Positions 1 to 13,034 of a DNA stretch of 64,000 nucleotides are shown here, piece by piece. Origin of the DNA: Eimeria praecox (lineage: Eukaryota); NCBI GenBank assembly GCA_963920595.1, contig OY986948.1, positions 4,526,001 to 4,590,000 of the forward strand, written 5' to 3'. Numbering within the stretch: the stretch's first letter is position 1; each line of letters opens with the position of its first letter. Under the pieces are notes generated by a model that worked only from the letters and a program-made list of their open reading frames with translations, did not search any database and had not been told where the DNA came from. Position numbers and translations under genes: made by a program.

Positions 1-1190
1 ACTGAGGTGTACGCCATTTCTGGAGCTGGTTGCAAAACACAATAACGTTGTAAACCCGAAATACCCTTCTTGAGTTGTATTTCCCGGCCTGTGAGGTGCA
101 TCCGTTAGCACTGACGACGCCTCCCTCGTTTGGTACCTCCTATAGCAGCCTAAGACTCAGGCCACCTCTATATTTAGCTTTGCACCCCATTCCACTGCTC
201 CATTTTGGCTTGTTTCCTCTTTTTAGAGACAAGTGGAAGGCGCATAACCCATGCAGCAATATGGTGGGCTTGTGATATATTGTTGGTGCCATGCAGCCCG
301 TTGTAGTTCGTTAAGGCCAGGAAGAGAATGAATCGCTACTCTCTAGTGTAAAAGCGTTTCAGTGTGGCCCCTGTTGCTTTGTCCCTTATACATCCGAAGC
401 TGGTTAGATTGCGTCGGCGGTAGCCGTCTTTAGCTGCAGACAGATCTCGTGCGACTGTGGTTAATGCCTTGCCGCTGCACCTCCTACCCCTCTGATATAG
501 AGGGCAAAATGCTTCATGGATTGTTTTTTCTCTGATAACTTACACGCATTGCTCCTTTTTTTCGCTGATTCACCCGGGCCTATTCTTCGGGGCTGTAGAT
601 CCCCACTTCAAGCCCTTTAATACGTTTTAAATTGCCTACTCTCCTGTGATCCAGTATTTTTATAGGTTGTTTTTCGGAATTTCTTTCTAATAGATTGGCT
701 TTTCAATAGGCAGCCAGTGTTATAAATGCCGTTGGTACAGAGTGGTGCTCACTGTTACCTGATCACGCGAAGCCCGCCATACTCAAGAATAGGGGCATGC
801 CCTAAGGAAACCAGATATACAAAAGATAGTGGGGATCATATCTCTCCTTTCTATATGTATGCCGTTTGAACATATATTTTGCATACTGTTAGCATGTGTG
901 CCGGCTCTGTTGAGGTGACCCACCGTTGCGGTGTCTAGAATCTTATGAAACTCTGACAGAAATATTTATTTAGAATCTAAGTTGCAAGACTTCAAAGCAA
1001 TCGAGGTAGTAGATCTCCGGAAACCTTCGGCTTCCAGCGTACAAGAGGCCGCCTACAAAACCTACGATCGATAGAAGACACCTAGCTGAGCAACGATCGA
1101 GGGGTCTCGGAGAACACCTTCTAACCAGTAATATGAAGATAATAAAACAAAAATATATTTGTATTGACTCTAAAAGGCTCAACATGAAGC
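1..1190 (-). mobile_element. Possible highly decayed LTR-retrotransposon pol fragment (RNase H/integrase-like traces)
   Basis: Repeat-free sequence with no long ORF. Minus-strand translation across mixed frames gives EHHSV (~745, like TDHxSL), GLHGTNNISQAHHIAAW (~250-300), CKAK..LRLL*EVP (~130-190) and TTQEGY..VIVFCNQL..MAY (~10-80), which resemble integrase GHxG, CxxK..LLxPLxIP and VVVDRLSKMAH in the expected order. Very degenerate. Confidence 0.35.
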
Positions 1191-1751
1191 CAGGGATGAA
1201 AAATCCAGCCCCAAATTCATTGCGGTATTCTTGTGCTCGGGCGAGCTTGTTCGCATGCGAACGTATTTCGTGTTTTCTCCTTCTTATTTATCTATAATAC
1301 TATTTTAGGTGAATGTTTTTCGAATATTACTCTGAAAAACTGGACGTTCAGTTTCATGGATTCAATGAATTGTGCCCATAGGAGGCTGAGGTCAACTCAA
1401 GTCAAGGTCACTCGACGACCCTTGCCTTGAGAGCCATACAATTGCAAATATTCCCTTTGGCTATTAAACCTTCTAATGCAATTCAAATTCAAATTCTTAT
1501 GTAGCTGCGTAGAAGGTGAATCGTGTTGGGTGACATGAAGAGAAGGAAGGAAGCCCTGTCGCCTGTTGCCCGCCTGCTCGTCTGCCTCGAGCTGCGTGCA
1601 AGTAGAGATGCTGAGAATCTCTGAGCCCTAACAGTCAAGCGTCAAGCCCTGAGACTAAGTCCCAGCCAATGGGTGTTGTATGCGAGTTTAATCTGTCTCG
1701 TTTTATGTGTGGGGTTGGCCTTTCCGGGGTTTTGTACGCCCCTGCTGCAGC

Positions 1752-3292
1752 ATGAGGGCAGTAGTCAGCGAGACCGCTGCAGGCTCCTCTGCCGTTCCTC
1801 GCCTCCAGACTCCCACCACCCGTCTTGGGTTTAAACAAGACCCCTATAACCCCAACGAGAGAGGCCAACCTCATGTGCCCTCACAGCTTTCCTGCAGCAC
1901 GTACAGCAACTCAACGTCAGTTAAAAACGAAAGGGGTGATGCTGATGTTGATGCAGGGCCTCCTTGGGAGCTGGAGCCCCACCCTCGTCAAATCTTGTTT
2001 AGCAACTTGTCTCCTTTATCTCGTCGCCAGCTCCCCCTTACGATCCTGAACAAAGGCAAGAGGCCGCTGCCTGTGCGTGTGTTGAATAAACATAATGGTG
2101 AACTGCATATCGGCACAGCAGGCAACGACCTCACACCTAACCCCGTCATCTGTCCTTTGCTAGCCCCCGGGCTTTCCCTGCGCGTGCATGTGGGGGCCCC
2201 CCCTCTTTTAGGACCCTCCGTTGAGCAGGCTCTGCGGGTGGTGGGCCCCGGAGGCCGCGAGGTAGAGGTCCCCGTTGAGGCAAGAGGGTCGTTGTTGAGT
2301 TTCTCTTGCCCTCCGCTGCTACAGTTCTCTCCTATGCCTCCAGGCGTACAACAGCAGCAGCAATTGCCGATAAGCAACACGAGTCCATTCAGGATAAGGG
2401 TGCATATACAGGTATCTCAAGGGGTATCGTCTTCTCTCAAGGCTCTGCTTGAAAAACAGCTGCTGCAGGTCTCCTTTCACCCCCAGCAGCTGCTTCTAGA
2501 GCCAGGAGAAGCCTCCTTCATCACTGTACAGCTCAAGTCAGACTGCCCAGCAGAGGTGAAGCTCCCGCTGTCTCTCGTTTGCAAACGATCCCTCAAAACG
2601 CCTTCTTCCCCTCGATGCAGCCTCTCAACACCGACAGAGCGGCATCCTAAGAGGAATCTAGATGGCATCATCCGCCCTCGAGGGGTATCCTTGAAACAAC
2701 AAGCAGATGAACGTCAACCCCTCAAGGCCAAGGGGCCCTCAGATCTAAAGACAGTACAGTGGTCGGGGCCCCCACCGAAAGTGGAAGGCCAAGTGCAGCT
2801 GCAGGGAGTTTGTGTTGTTCCTCGTTGGGCTTTTACACTTGAGGGTTCAGAACTGCAACGTATCGACTTTGGGGCTTTGTTTCATGGAGAGGAATGCTGC
2901 TTGACGGTGCATGCAAACAATCTCGGGGCTCTCCCTCTAGCCATGAGTTTTATTGTGCCTCAGACTAGCTTCTCCTTCCCAGCAGCAGGCCAAGGGAGCC
3001 CGTACTCTCCCTCCTCTATACAGCGAGCCCAAAGCACCTATTCTAAACAGCCTCGAGAGGGGCCTTTGCCCTTTGAACCCCTTGGCATTTCCTCTTCATT
3101 ACAGTCGGCTTCACCGCGAGAAGAGGGAAGACCTACCCCACGTCTAGGCTACAGAAGTACTGCCTACACTGTAGCAGAAACCTCTCAAAAGGCCCCCAAA
3201 GCTGCAACATCAGCTCAAGCCCGCCTCAGCATTGTCGCCTCACCCCGTCGCAGCAGCTGCACAGTCCCCACAGTCCCTAGCTCCTGTTCTTC

Positions 3293-3327
<35 letters not shown>

Positions 3328-5837
3328 TGCAGCTGCAACAGTTGCCACCGCTGAAGCAGCCAGCGGCAGCAGCCAACCCACCGTCCTCTTCGACTTTACC
3401 TCAGATAGAGACAAGAAGAGGGTCCTCTCCTCTTACCTTGGGAGATGTAGGTTGTTCAGAGTCAGAAGAATTTGAAGAGCCTGAGTCTTGTAGAAATGTA
3501 GGCCCCAAAGATACGCCCTGGGCGGCTCTCCTGGAGCAGTTCAGCGCTGCCCCTCAACAAGAAACCCCACAGGAGGTCGACCAGGCTCCCCCAGAGAAGC
3601 CTCCCCCCCCTCCTGCAGCAGCAGAGTCTGCAATGTTTCAGAGAGGCAAAGGGTTTGGCCGTCGAGGGCGGACTTCGCGTGTTATGAGAAGAAAAGGAGG
3701 AAACATCAACACAAAGACAAGGGAAACAGCCGCATCCTCCGCCTTGCAGGGAAGCCCCCGGGAGCAAGCTTCTCCTTCTTCTTCTTCTTCTTCTTCTTCT
3801 TCTTCTTCTTCTTCTTCTTCTTCTTCTTCTTCTTCTTCTTCTTCTTCTTCTTCTTCTTCTTCTTCTTCTTCTTCTTCTTCTTCTTCTTCTTCTTCTTCTT
3901 CTTCTTCTTCTTCTTCTTCTTCAGATCCTCATTCAACTAATCGGCAATCAAACCCGAGGCCTACAACTGCTGGGACGCCTCACCAAAAACGGCGGCGGTC
4001 AGCCTCTCCCCGTCGCGCCTCGACGGCTGGACTCCAGTCAGGGTCCTTTGCTGCAGCTGCCGCTGATGTTGCTGCTGCTGTTGCTGCTGACGCCGATGCT
4101 GCTGGTGCTGCAGGTGTTTCAGGTACTGCTGCTGCCACTGTTAATTGTAGTGGAGGCGCAGCGGCAATTGCTGCTGCTCCTGTTGCCTCGAAAGGGCCTG
4201 GGGGGTTGTGGAGTCCGCGTACGGTGTTGTCTCCCCCTGATTTGGTTGATCTCTCACCTTCTCAGCGTTCTGTTCCCTCTCCCTCTCTGCCTGTAGAATT
4301 GCAACTGCGTCGTTTATCTTATTCTTCTACTGTCTCGGGGGCCCCAAGAACCCTTCGAACCCCAGAAGAAATACTAGATAGCCTTTGTTCAATTGAAATC
4401 ATTCCGTCTACTTTGTTGTTGCCCCCACGCTCCACAGCAGCAGTACAATTAAAGCTAAGGAGTCAGCCGTGTGACCTTCGTCTTGGCTTTCAACATCTCG
4501 AGAGCTGGCGAGATGTTAAGATGCCCATGGCCTTTCATATGCATGTCTTAATAACAGTAGCAGGCCTTGAAAATACAGCTTACAGCTATCAAGACACAAC
4601 ACCCCCCCCTTTGACTACCACTCAAGCACCCAACCAACCCTGCAACAGCAGCAGCAGCAACAACAGCAGCAGCAGCAACACCAGCAGCAGCAGCAGCAGC
4701 AGCAGCAATAGCAGCGAAGGCCCCACATTGCGAGTGCCTGCGATGGGGCCGTTACCAGCAGCAGAAGGGCCTCGTAAGACCTTATCTCATGACAACAGCA
4801 ACCCTCTAACGGCTCGGCTATCTCTATCTAAGCTGGGGCGGCCTCAAGGACGGCCTGTGGTGGCTCGGCTCCGCCCGGAGACAGCAGGAGCTACAGGGGG
4901 TTTAGGAGGGACTCGTCGTAGAGATGGAGGAGACAGTGGAAACAGCACAAAGGCCGAGAGAAGCAACGCGCCGTCCTGCGTCTTCGCCTCTCTTCAACAG
5001 CTTCTCCGCACGGCCATGGCTGCAGACACAAGTACATCAAGAAAAGGAGAAGAGAGACACAAGAAGGCCTGCATGCGTTCGCCTTCTCAGTCCCTGAACT
5101 TCCTCACAGACTCCTGCTGCTCCAGTTGCTGCTCGTGCTGCTGCTGCTGCTGCTCAGACGCTCAAGCCCGCGCATCGCCCCCAAGGCCGCTGTCTCGGCG
5201 GTATGGAGGCAGCAGCAGCACTTCCTGCAGCGGATATCGTTGGGGTGTATCTGGAGGTGGGCGTACTGAGTGTAGAACGAAAGGAGGGCCTAGTCAGCAG
5301 CTGCTAAACCCTGCTCTTCATCATCAGCTCTTTGCAGGGAGACTCGAGCTGCGGCTACCAAGGCTTGAGGTGTCGCCCCCTGGAATCCTTAACTTTCCTG
5401 GTTGTGTTGTGGGGGAGGGACAGCAGCAGGTTCTGCTGCTCTATAACTGCAGCAGAACAAGGCAGCTAGACTTCAGCATAGAAGCTCGTCATCCCTTTCG
5501 CTGCAAACCCATCAGAGGCTTGCTGCTGCCTCAGCAGCAATTTCAAATTTATGTCGTATTTGCCCCTAAACGCCTCGGGCCCATTACGCAGATGCTGAAG
5601 ATCGCCTACTGCAGCAAAGCTTATGTTCGTACTGTTCGTCTCACAGGCATAGGCCTCAGCAATACCAGACAGACAACCCAACAAACCACACAGATGCAGC
5701 AGCAGCGACAGGAGGAGGAGGAGGAGGAGCAGCAGCAGCAGCAGGTGCAACAACAGCAGAAGCAACAGCAGCAGCAACAACAACAACAACAGCAACAACA
5801 ACAGGTGCAGCAGCAGCAAGAGAAGCAGCAGAGATAG
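1752..5837 (+). CDS. ASH (ASPM-SPD2-Hydin)/Ig-like repeat protein resembling the N-terminal part of cilia/flagella protein CFAP47
   Basis: One long ORF. The track starts it at GTG 1707; the first ATG is at 1752. At least three clear ASH-type starts: LEPHPRQILFSNL..RQLPLTILNKG..LAPGLSLRVHV; IDFGALFHGEECCLTVHANN; LEVSPPGILNFPGCVVGEGQQQVLLLYNCS..FRCKPIRGLLLPQQQFQIYVVFAPKRLG..VRLTGIG. These are separated by S/Q/A low-complexity inserts. Hidden introns or an extra 3' exon near 6068-6115 cannot be excluded. Confidence 0.72.
3777..3920 (+). repeat. Perfect (TCT)48 microsatellite, in frame as poly-Ser
   Basis: 144 bp of uninterrupted TCT inside the 1752-5837 ORF. Confidence 0.95.
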
Positions 5838-6410
5838 GAATGGCAGCAGGAAATGCCGCAGCATCAGCCGCTGTGGTTTGTCTGCTGCTGCAGTAGCCTA
5901 AGCGTACGAGCCCACCTCAGATGGTGTATAAAGGGGGGGGGTTGGGAAGACAGCCCAAGGCAGACCTAAAACAACAAGGATATGCCTGAGGTTTCTTCAT
6001 ATAAACGCTCTGTTATTCTTCAAGTACTTCTGTATGGAGCTGCAGGTACTACTGATAGTGTGTGCAGGTCTTAAGAGGAGAAAGAAAGAAGAAAAAGAGA
6101 ATGAAGGCGGCTGAGGTGTATACACACTCTGCGAGCTACTTACTGCTGCAGCATAGATTACAATCTGCTCTGCTTGCCGTTGCTGCTCGTGCTGCAGTTA
6201 GACAGCAGATGCTAGCTAAAGCTTCTATCATTTAATATATTAAAGATAGAAACTGATCTTGCTGTATCTAGATTTGTTGTACATTGAGTGGGTGTTGAGC
6301 CCGCACACAGATAAGTTTACATTGTCTTCGTCGTCAAGGAATGTTTGAGGGGACTTTGATTTTATTTCAGCAATGTTTGAACTGCAGGTTGATCAATAAG
6401 ATCAATTCTT

Positions 6411-6454
<44 letters not shown>

Positions 6455-7158
6455 CAGACATGATAGCCTACTTGTCTTAAAGCCATAGTCTACACTGAGG
6501 CCCCAGACTCGAGGCAGCAAATTACTTTTTATGTAGTTGTTGTGCTGCTGTTGTTGTTGAAAGCTAACTCGCATGCATGAATATGTAAAAGGAGGTCTTC
6601 GGTTTATCTTGCTTGAGAATGTGTGGGGTGTACGTACACTTCAAATGTTTCTCCTGTTGCAGTTTATACGCATCTTCTGCTTATTTACGGATCTGGTTCA
6701 TCTGCTCCCCAACAATATTACTACTACTAATAAAAACAATAATTATAATTGGCTGTACATACACCTGAGAGAAGTAAAGGAGCTGTCTGCCTGTCTGCCT
6801 CCATGGCTTAGGCTATACATGCAGCGGGCCCAACCACAGCAGATAAGAAACCCTGGAGACGAAGCCCCAAACCCTACATTTTCGATGCATGCATGCTCTC
6901 AAGACACATCACCAAGGAGTATAACAACTGCATGCATGGCTGTACGATGCTTCTTCTATAGCGTTGTGTTGACTCTACGCCCTTTATCTAGGGAGCAAGC
7001 TGTTGTTGCTTTTGTTGCTGTTGTTGCTGTTGTTGCTGTTGTTGCTGTTGTTGTTGTTGTTGTTGTTGCTGTTGCTGTTTCGTAACGTATCAACAACACA
7101 GAAAGACCTAAGTCTTCCGTTCAGGTCTATCAGAGAAACTAAAGAAAGGCGAAAGGGT

Positions 7159-7559
7159 TTAATGAGGCGGCAGCACTGATGTACAACACCCACGATAGGG
7201 TGGGGTGTATGGGGAGAGGGGCTCCTCAACTGCTGTTGGACAGGAGCTATAACAGGGCACTTGCACTGTTGGACCTCCTCCACTAGACATATCAGAAACA
7301 AACATCTGTTCATTAGAATCGACAGCAGCTGCTGCAGCAACTGCAGCAGCAGCAGCAGCTGCTGCTGCAGAAGCACCAACAGGAGCACCAACAGCTGCTG
7401 CTGCAGGTGCACGGCTTCGAACGGCATGCACAGCAGCATTCCTAGGAGGCTGCCACTGCCCCTCAGGATGTTGTTGGGTGAGAGAATTAGCTGCTGCAGG
7501 GTGAAGCGAGCTTTCAGCTTGCTGCAGCCTTTGAACTAGGGCGTCCATCTCTGCAACAG

Positions 7560-7598
<39 letters not shown>

Positions 7599-8056
7599 AT
7601 TCGTATCAAATATTTTTATAGTTTGAATGTTGATGGGGAAGCGAGGACACAGGGAAGCAGCTGCTTCACTTACCTGCTTCGTGTGCAGCATAATCTGTTA
7701 AATCTGAGACCTTTGAGCTGATGAAGAAGTCGTTGTTGTTGTTGTTGTTGCTGGTGCTGCTGCTGCAGCTGTTGTTGTTGTTGTTGCTGCTGCTGCTGTA
7801 GCTGCTGCGTTCTTGAGTTAGAATGAGAGAAGGTTGTATGAGGCGGGTCGTGGGGCGTCCAGAAGGGCTGTTGTTAGCACTGCTGCAGCTTTGACTAACA
7901 GGCAACATTGCTGAAGCTCCACAAGAAAAACCTGAATTGATATTCTGTAGTCCTTCTTCAGACGAGCATGCTCTACTAAACGGCGTCAGCTCGTAGTAGC
8001 TTGCATCAGCCCCACAAGGCGAACTATTGTGCTGCAGCAGCATTGGCTCCTGCTGT

Positions 8057-8101
<45 letters not shown>

Positions 8102-8926
8102 GTTCCTAGGCTGTTGCCATCCTCGCGCATCTCTTGACTTGGCAGTGAAGCACCGGGGGAGTGCAAGCCGTATAGATCTGCTGCACCTGAAGCAGCAACA
8201 GCAGCAGCAGCAGCAGCAGCTGCTGCTGCTGCGCCGCCTTGACGAGAACCGAATGGTAGAGGCAGGTATATGAATGGCTTGTCATATGCAGGGGCCTCTG
8301 AACTCAATGTGGGTTCGTTGTGGCTGTCGATGAGGTCTGAAGAAACGTCAAGCAGCTGCTGCAGCCTCGCTGATGCTGCTGCTGCTGCTGCTGCTGAGAC
8401 ACGACTGGGTGTTTCGAAGCCACCAGTGTCTGCATGAAATGACGGTCGTGCTGCTGTCTCTGCTGCAGCTGCTGCAGCTGTTTGACTGCATGCAGCAAGT
8501 GCAGCAGCGTGAGACCGCAAAGCAGAAAAACCCAAAGCCTGCTGCTTCAGAGTCTGCACCTGCAGCCGAGTTCCTAGCTGCAGCAGAAGCTGCATCCTTA
8601 GGAAGGACCTGTAGTAGACAGAATTGCAAAGCAACAGAATAGACAAAGCGTTGTTTGCTACAGCAATATATACAACAAGCAGCACTAGCTGCAGCACGAT
8701 CAGCTCCACATAGAAGCATCTTCCTGCGTGTGTAAACCCCAATTGAATCTACTTGAATTAATTTAATACGTTAATAATTTTATATTATCGATATATGCAC
8801 ATGTACTTCTTCAATACACCCGAAGGCCCTCACCGCATCGTTTGGCCTGTGGCCTGCATCTGCTGCAACTTTAAGAAGGCATCACGAATCTGACGGAACC
8901 TGCAGCAGCAACAACAGCAGCAGCAA

Positions 8927-8979
<53 letters not shown>

Positions 8980-9040
8980 AGGACAACATGAAGGGGATAG
9001 TGTTGCTGTTTCTTTGTGGCAGGCTCAAGCATGGAGAGCT

Positions 9041-9075
<35 letters not shown>

Positions 9076-9334
9076 CTGTTTGTTATTTTCGTCTCGCTGT
9101 ATTTAATTTCCCTCTAAATTAAATTTGAAATTAAATTAATAATAAAATATCATACAAAACTTACTGAGTCTTTTCTATCACGCCACTTAGTTGACGTGTT
9201 GCTCGTTGAACGGCATTCTCTGGCTGTGGTCTTTGCATGCAAAGCCACGCGAATCTCAGACACCGTAGCTGCTGCTCTTTAAGCAGCAAACCTAGCAGCC
9301 ACGCCGCCCTCATCTGCAAGACACAACAGCAGCA

Positions 9335-9371
<37 letters not shown>

Positions 9372-11256
9372 CTAGGGAAAGCCCACAAGCCTGCTGCCGA
9401 AGTCGCAGAGATACCAGAAACCCTAAACCCTAAACCCTAAACCCTAAACCCTAAACCCTCGACCCTCAACCCTCAACCCTCGATCCTAAACCCTAAACCC
9501 TAGACCCTAAACCCTCGATTCTAAACCCTAAACCCTAAACCCTAAACCCTAAGGTCTTGCCTTCTGTCTGTAGATTTCGCGGTTATCGCGGACATGCTTC
9601 TGTAGGGAGTTGAAGGCAGCAAGCATGATGCGATGTCTTTTCATCTGCAGCAGCAGCAGCAGCAGCTGTACTGCCCTGACACGCTGCTTCGCGTTTCGTA
9701 TTGCTGCGGTCCATCCGTATAGAGCCCAAGACAATCTTCCTTGCAGCAGCTGCTGCAGCACTGCTGCCAGCAGCATCACAGCGCGCTGCTGCGGCAGCTG
9801 CTTCATGGAAGCAAGCAGCCGTTCGTTTACCTGCAAGCAACAGCAAGCACACACAGACAGCATACACCCGTCAACACCCAGCTAGCTACCTAGATAGCTA
9901 GCTAGATAGCTAGTCAGCTAGCTAGCCAGATAGCGAGTGACGAGCAGCCGCACCACACCAGGGAGAGTGCCTGCGGAATGGTTTGAAAGAGCAGCTAGCT
10001 AGATGAAAGGGCTAGCTAGCTAGCTAGCTAGCTAACTGCGAGGCCATGCAGTCTCTAAGGGTAAGGAGGCGCAGCTAACTAGCTCAGCTAGCTAGCTGCA
10101 CACGACTGTCTCTTCCTGCCACAGGTACCGCAAAGGCTGCAGACACAGCTAGCCACGCGGCAGGAGGCCCTCGTATGCAGCTAGCTATAGCTAGCTGTAG
10201 TAAGGGACACAAGGCTTTTCTTACTTGTTGCATGTTGCTGCATATTCTGTATTTCTCTTGCGCATTTGCTGCAGCAGCATGGCGTTGGATCTGTCGAAGA
10301 CAGCTACGCATGCGAGCTCTAATACAGAGAGAAACGAGGAACATCGCCTTCTGTGTGTCTCCCTCACTAGCTATCCGTTGAGTAGTTGTATATTGTATTA
10401 GCCTCTGCCAGCCAAGCTTGAGGCGTCGCATCCGCATATGTTGAAGTAGCTGCTGCAGCGTACGTTGCTGCAGCTGGCGCTGCAGCAAAGCTTTTTTTAA
10501 TTGCACGAATACACTGTGCAGAAGACTTCGTTGGAGTGTCTGTACAGAACAGAAGAGCTGAAGTGCTCTTCCTTTCTGGGCTTGTTGCTGTGCTGTCTTG
10601 ACTATACTATGAAGACGGAGTCGTAGAAATGCTGCATGCAGTCTTCTCTCAACGAGACGATGCATAGAATATTTTATTTGCTGCTGTGCCACAGTTAATC
10701 TATGTGTAGCGAGTTCTAAATGGCCTGTAGCCATGGTAGCAACAACAGCTGCTGCTTGTTGCTGCTGCTGCTGCTGCAGTGCATGCATTCGCAGCTTCTG
10801 TAAGACCCATCCACACTTCTCTCTTCTTCGTAGTCTTATCCATTGCTGCAGCAGCAAAACGCCTCGTGTTATCTGAGCTGTTTGCTGCTTTGCTGCTGCA
10901 GCACTAGCTGCAGCTATAATACGTAGCCTCCCCAGGAAATCGCGAGCCCATCGTCTTGATGCCTCCTTCACAAGAGCAGCTACCTGAGACAGCAGCAAAC
11001 TACGTGTTGCTGCATGCAGCTGCTTATGCAGCAGCAGCAGCTGCTGCTGACAGGGAGGGCGATAGAGGAAGTCTGGCACTGAGGGGCGAGATCTGAAACA
11101 TAACAAAACAATATTATTCTATTTCTTCTTTATTTACATTATTTAATTAATTATTTAATACACATATTCACAAATATATCCAATCAAACCAAGAAAAATA
11201 AACATACCAAAAAACAAACACTGCGGTTGCTGTTGCTGCTGCTGCTGCTGCTACCG

Positions 11257-11292
<36 letters not shown>

Positions 11293-12495
11293 CTGTTGCT
11301 AGTCAGGCTACTGCCTCGTGTTGCTGCAGCCGCTGCATCTATCTCCACTTCTGCTGCCTAAGCTGCAGCAGCAGCTGCACATCTGCTGCAGCTTCTAATA
11401 CATACCTAGGCAGATGTGTCTCTTGCTGCTGCTGCTGACGTCACAACAACAACAACAACAACTACTACTACTACTGTTACTACTACTACTACTAGTAGTG
11501 CTAGTACTGCTGCTACTGTTGCTGCTGCTGCTGCTGCTGCTGTTGCAGCTGGTGTCTCACCTCCATTTGTCTGCTAAATACAAGATATGTTTAAGTAATG
11601 CATCACGTTCTGCTGCGCTTTGTAATCCGAAGAGGATTGTTCTAGCTGCTTTATGTTTCTTTGCTGCACCTTCTCCTTGTAGTTGTGTTGCTGTTGTTGT
11701 TGCTGCTGCTGCTGCTGCAGATGCCACAAGCTTCATGCGATATGGTGCTCGTCCTTTAGCAGCAGCAGCAGCAGATATCTTCCCCCTACCATCAACAGCC
11801 CAGGCAGAAGCAATAGAAGCAAGAGGCACTAGGAGAGACACCTCAAGCGGTTCTGTGCTGCTGCAAAATAGCAGTAAATTCTGATGCAGCAGCAGATCTT
11901 CCTCCAGCCAACGTGGGGGTAGAAGGCCTCTAAACCTCCACACACGTGTCTGTGAAATAAACACAACAAACAATATCAAGGTTTCAAATAAACACATACT
12001 ACTGATGCACCTGATGCAGCTGCTGCAGCTGCTGCAGCTACTGCAGCTGCTGCAGCTGCTGCAGCTGCTGCAGCTGCTGCAGCTGCTGCAGCTGCTGTAG
12101 CTGCATTGCTAAGGGGGCAGAGAAGCCATGTTCGTGCTGCTGATGCTCTATCCGCAGACACAGAAACAAAGAAAGTTGTGTTGCTGCAGAGGCGCAGCAG
12201 CAGCAGTGCAACATCAGCAGCAGTGCAGCAGCAAACGTGCGGAAGCAACTGCTGCTGCTGCTGCTGCGCAGCAGCAGCAGCAACACCAGCAACACCAGCA
12301 ACAGCAGCAGCAACAGCAGCAACAGCAGCAACAGCAGCAACAGCAGCAGCAGGTATTTGTGATGGTGTAGGGTAGACAGACCTTCAAAGTTGTTTCACTT
12401 GGTGAAGGAAGAGAGAGAAGAGCGCCAAGACTTTGAGCCTCAAGAAATGCATAGGAAGGAGAAGATATTACTGGCAGCATATCAACCAACGTCCT

Positions 12496-12542
<47 letters not shown>

Positions 12543-12993
12543 CCCGCTGCTGAGCAGGATGCTGCTGCTCCTGCTGCTGCATGGGTTGCAGCGCGGCATC
12601 CCAACCGAACGACCCGCGGCGAGCACCAGCAGCAGCAGCAGGAGCAGCAGCAGAGGCAGAGGCAGCAGCAGCAGCAGGAGCAGCAGCAGCAGCAGCAAAC
12701 CCCCTCCCACTAATCTCAGCAGTTTCAGCACTCGTCCTCCGTTTTATACTTTCACTCATACGCAGAGTCCTCGGTGAAGGAGGTAGCTGCAGCCCCAGAG
12801 AATCGACGTCAATCGAGCCCGAACGCGTTCGATTCCCCCCACCACCTGAAGAAGAAAATATTGGGCGAGCAGCACCGTGAGCAGCAACCTCAGCAAACTG
12901 GAAAGGAGGGACAGCAGCAGCAGGTGCTGTTGCTGCTGTTGCTGCTGCTGCAGCTGTTGCTGTTGCTGCTGCTGCTGTAGTTAATGCTGCTGC

Positions 12994-13034
<41 letters not shown>

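Noticed and set aside
3706..3936. Poly-Lys ORF on the minus strand
   Set aside because: Antisense reading of the (TCT)48 tract.
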